64,000 bases of DNA from Marsupella aquatica. Its lineage: Eukaryota > Plantae > Marchantiophyta. The notes under the pieces are model-generated. The model searched no databases and was not told the origin of the DNA. It saw nothing but the letters and a program-made list of their open reading frames with translations. Position numbers and translations under genes: made by a program. Shown here in pieces: positions 61,736 to 64,000 of the stretch (the stretch's first letter is position 1; the number at the start of each line of letters is the position of its first letter). Location: positions 8,991,839-9,055,838 of the forward strand of contig OZ316893.1 in NCBI GenBank assembly GCA_973895155.1, in the 5' to 3' direction.

Positions 61736-62484
61736 GTAAAATATTGTTTTTGTTAATATATGTAGCAAAATAAAACAGCATAGAATAAATAAAAATTGGT
61801 TACCAGAGCCTGTCTGTGCATCCTACATAGAATATTACACTCATGAATTCAATTTTAGTGTTATGTATACCGAAATGATGGATTTAGAAAGATTCATAAT
61901 GAATTAACAAACTCCCAGAATCATCAACTAAGTTATTTGCTTGAAGTTTCACTAGAAGTCCAACATGTTTCCTGAAATCTTATTAAAATGGCCGGGCTAT
62001 GCTTATCTGAATAAGTGGAGACAGTGTTAAATCTGGCAATGTACTAGTTATTCTGAGTCTGGCATTGGGAAAGAAGGAATTGTCTCTAGTGCGATGCGGT
62101 GACATGTATTTAGATATTTTTGTAGAGTGACTATAAGACGAGAATGGCTGCGAAATATGATGCAGTGACTCCAACTTTGGTTAGTGGTCAAACTAAAACA
62201 AAGGAAGCTGCACAACGAATCTTCCTCACTGCTCAAACCTTTTTTGACGACGATAATTTCCGGTTCTCGTGTAAGCCATAATTATTACTAGTAACACACC
62301 ACACATCCTAATTTCCATTTTCTAATATTCAAACCAGGTCAATCTTTCCTCGTAGCTTTTTCCTATGACAGGTATTGAATTGTTCTTAAACTTATATACT
62401 CACAAAAGTTTAAAAACTGTCTCCTAGTGTTTCCCTCCTATATTGTGTTTTGGCCTTTGGGATCCTGTCTCCGAGTTTGGTGTT

Positions 62485-62486
<2 letters not shown>

Positions 62487-62516
<30 letters not shown>
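62487..62516. repeat. (TA)15 microsatellite
   Basis: Read directly from the sequence. Confidence 0.95.
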
Positions 62517-62522
<6 letters not shown>

Positions 62523-64000
62523 CCACAATTATAGTCTACATTGTTTTGGGGCTCGACTCGTTAGGCATTTCAATTATATAGAATGTATCTTCCCCTGACT
62601 AACTTGTTGGGTGAATCAATTCACTCAGTGGATCCACCTCAGCCAGAAGACACAAGTGAAACTCGGGAAACTTCTCTGAAACAAGAGAAACAATTCTGTG
62701 TCACCCATGCAAACTTCTCATCCATCTTTGGTCATCCGTGTGGTCTACTCCCTGGGCATAGAAGGTTGGCGAAGGCTACTCACAGCGCTCTTGTTGATTT
62801 CTTTGGTGGAAGGCTAGAACCAAGAGCTGAGGCCTTCAACGCGCACTTCAAGGCCAGCAATGCAAACAGGAAGATTGCTATTGGCCACGGCTTAAACACC
62901 CAAGGGCACGCAGTGCAACCCAATCTCGAGCTTGCAGACGTTGACACAGCAATAGAAAGTTATTACTTCACATGAGACACACATCAACAATCTAAGATTG
63001 TAAAACTGAAGTCAGGCAGTTTCGTCTACGCAATCAGTTAGTTGACTACAGTAAGCGACATGGACCTACTTAGGAACGTTATGAAAGTATGTTACTCAAG
63101 AGAATACGGTTTTGTTCAACCCTAAAGAAAGCTGTGGATAATTATGTTATTTTCATTGTCATGTAAGCTGAGCCCAAGGAAATTTCACTCTGCGTGTCTG
63201 TCATTGTATGCGCAATTGTACTTCGCGTTGATATACCATTCGATACCATGTTATTCTTGAATCGCATCACTTGCCAAGAGAAGTTGATGAACCCACATGG
63301 CCGTAGTCGATCTGCAGCCAATTTGTTTTTTCGCTCGCATCGTGAGTAAAACAAACTTCGCGAAAAGAAAATTTACCTTCTATATATGCCTTCTATGCCT
63401 GCGGCTAGAGCTTGCAGTTTAATTGTGCCTCGGTCCAGATTCAAACAAAGAAACCCAAGCCCAGCTTGAAAATCGAGCTGCATTATTGCCTCTCACAAAT
63501 TGCAAGGCTCTAGCCACGGTCTTGAAAATGTCGCATTCAGAGCAAGGCCTCGATAACCGCAAAATCTCTGCCCCACTTCCCGGATCATGGAAAGGAGCTT
63601 CGGAGAATCCTAATGGCTTTCAATTCGACAGCCACTAAGATTAATGAATGAATGTGAAGCCCACGGGGACTCGTCTGTACTATGGGAACTAGAAATCATA
63701 AGTGAAGAGCCACACAACAAAGAACATACATGGACGGCAAAATTAGGAGAATAACAGTTACTCAGCTGAACCATATGTCTAATGAATTGCTCCCCTGATT
63801 TCTAGATTAAGTGACAGAAATACGTCCTTGGTTAGATACCAAAGAGTTATATGACATTTTAAGCAATGGAGGACAACCTTCCCTGCTTTCACTTTCAACT
63901 CCAACGTCGTGGTCATATCCTCAAAGTGCTCTGGTGATGGATTTTGGCTCTGCAGTACGCAGTGCAGGTGACCAAAATCCTCACACTACTAACCTCACTA

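Noticed and set aside
62583-62975. 130-aa ORF near the right end
   Set aside because: No recognisable domain or splice support.

Overview
Eukaryotic land-plant genomic DNA with GT-AG introns and plant gene families; a bryophyte/lycophyte-like origin is only a guess. Host genes: an 8-exon DA1/DAR-type LIM + zinc-peptidase gene (11771-15093, +), an orphan multi-exon gene ending at 18493, an ARM-repeat ORF (19239-20168), an intronless P4-ATPase lipid flippase (26939-30766), a two-exon LRR receptor-like kinase (40533-44529, -) with a truncated paralogous remnant (32243-32427), and a KIX-like two-exon fragment near 60-62 kb. Mobile DNA: two full-length Ty1/Copia elements (33652-40331, -, near intact; 49310-55251, +, degenerate and nested inside a long-TIR DNA element), a related solo LTR, several MITEs (two with their empty sites in this window), a CRE-like non-LTR remnant and a short poly(A) retroposed insert. 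Most striking: the second Copia element carries, between pol and its 3' LTR, an uninterrupted antisense ORF ending in an RNase H1 hybrid-binding / caulimovirus viroplasmin-type domain, a candidate retrotransposon accessory system. All calls were made by eye; no searches were run.
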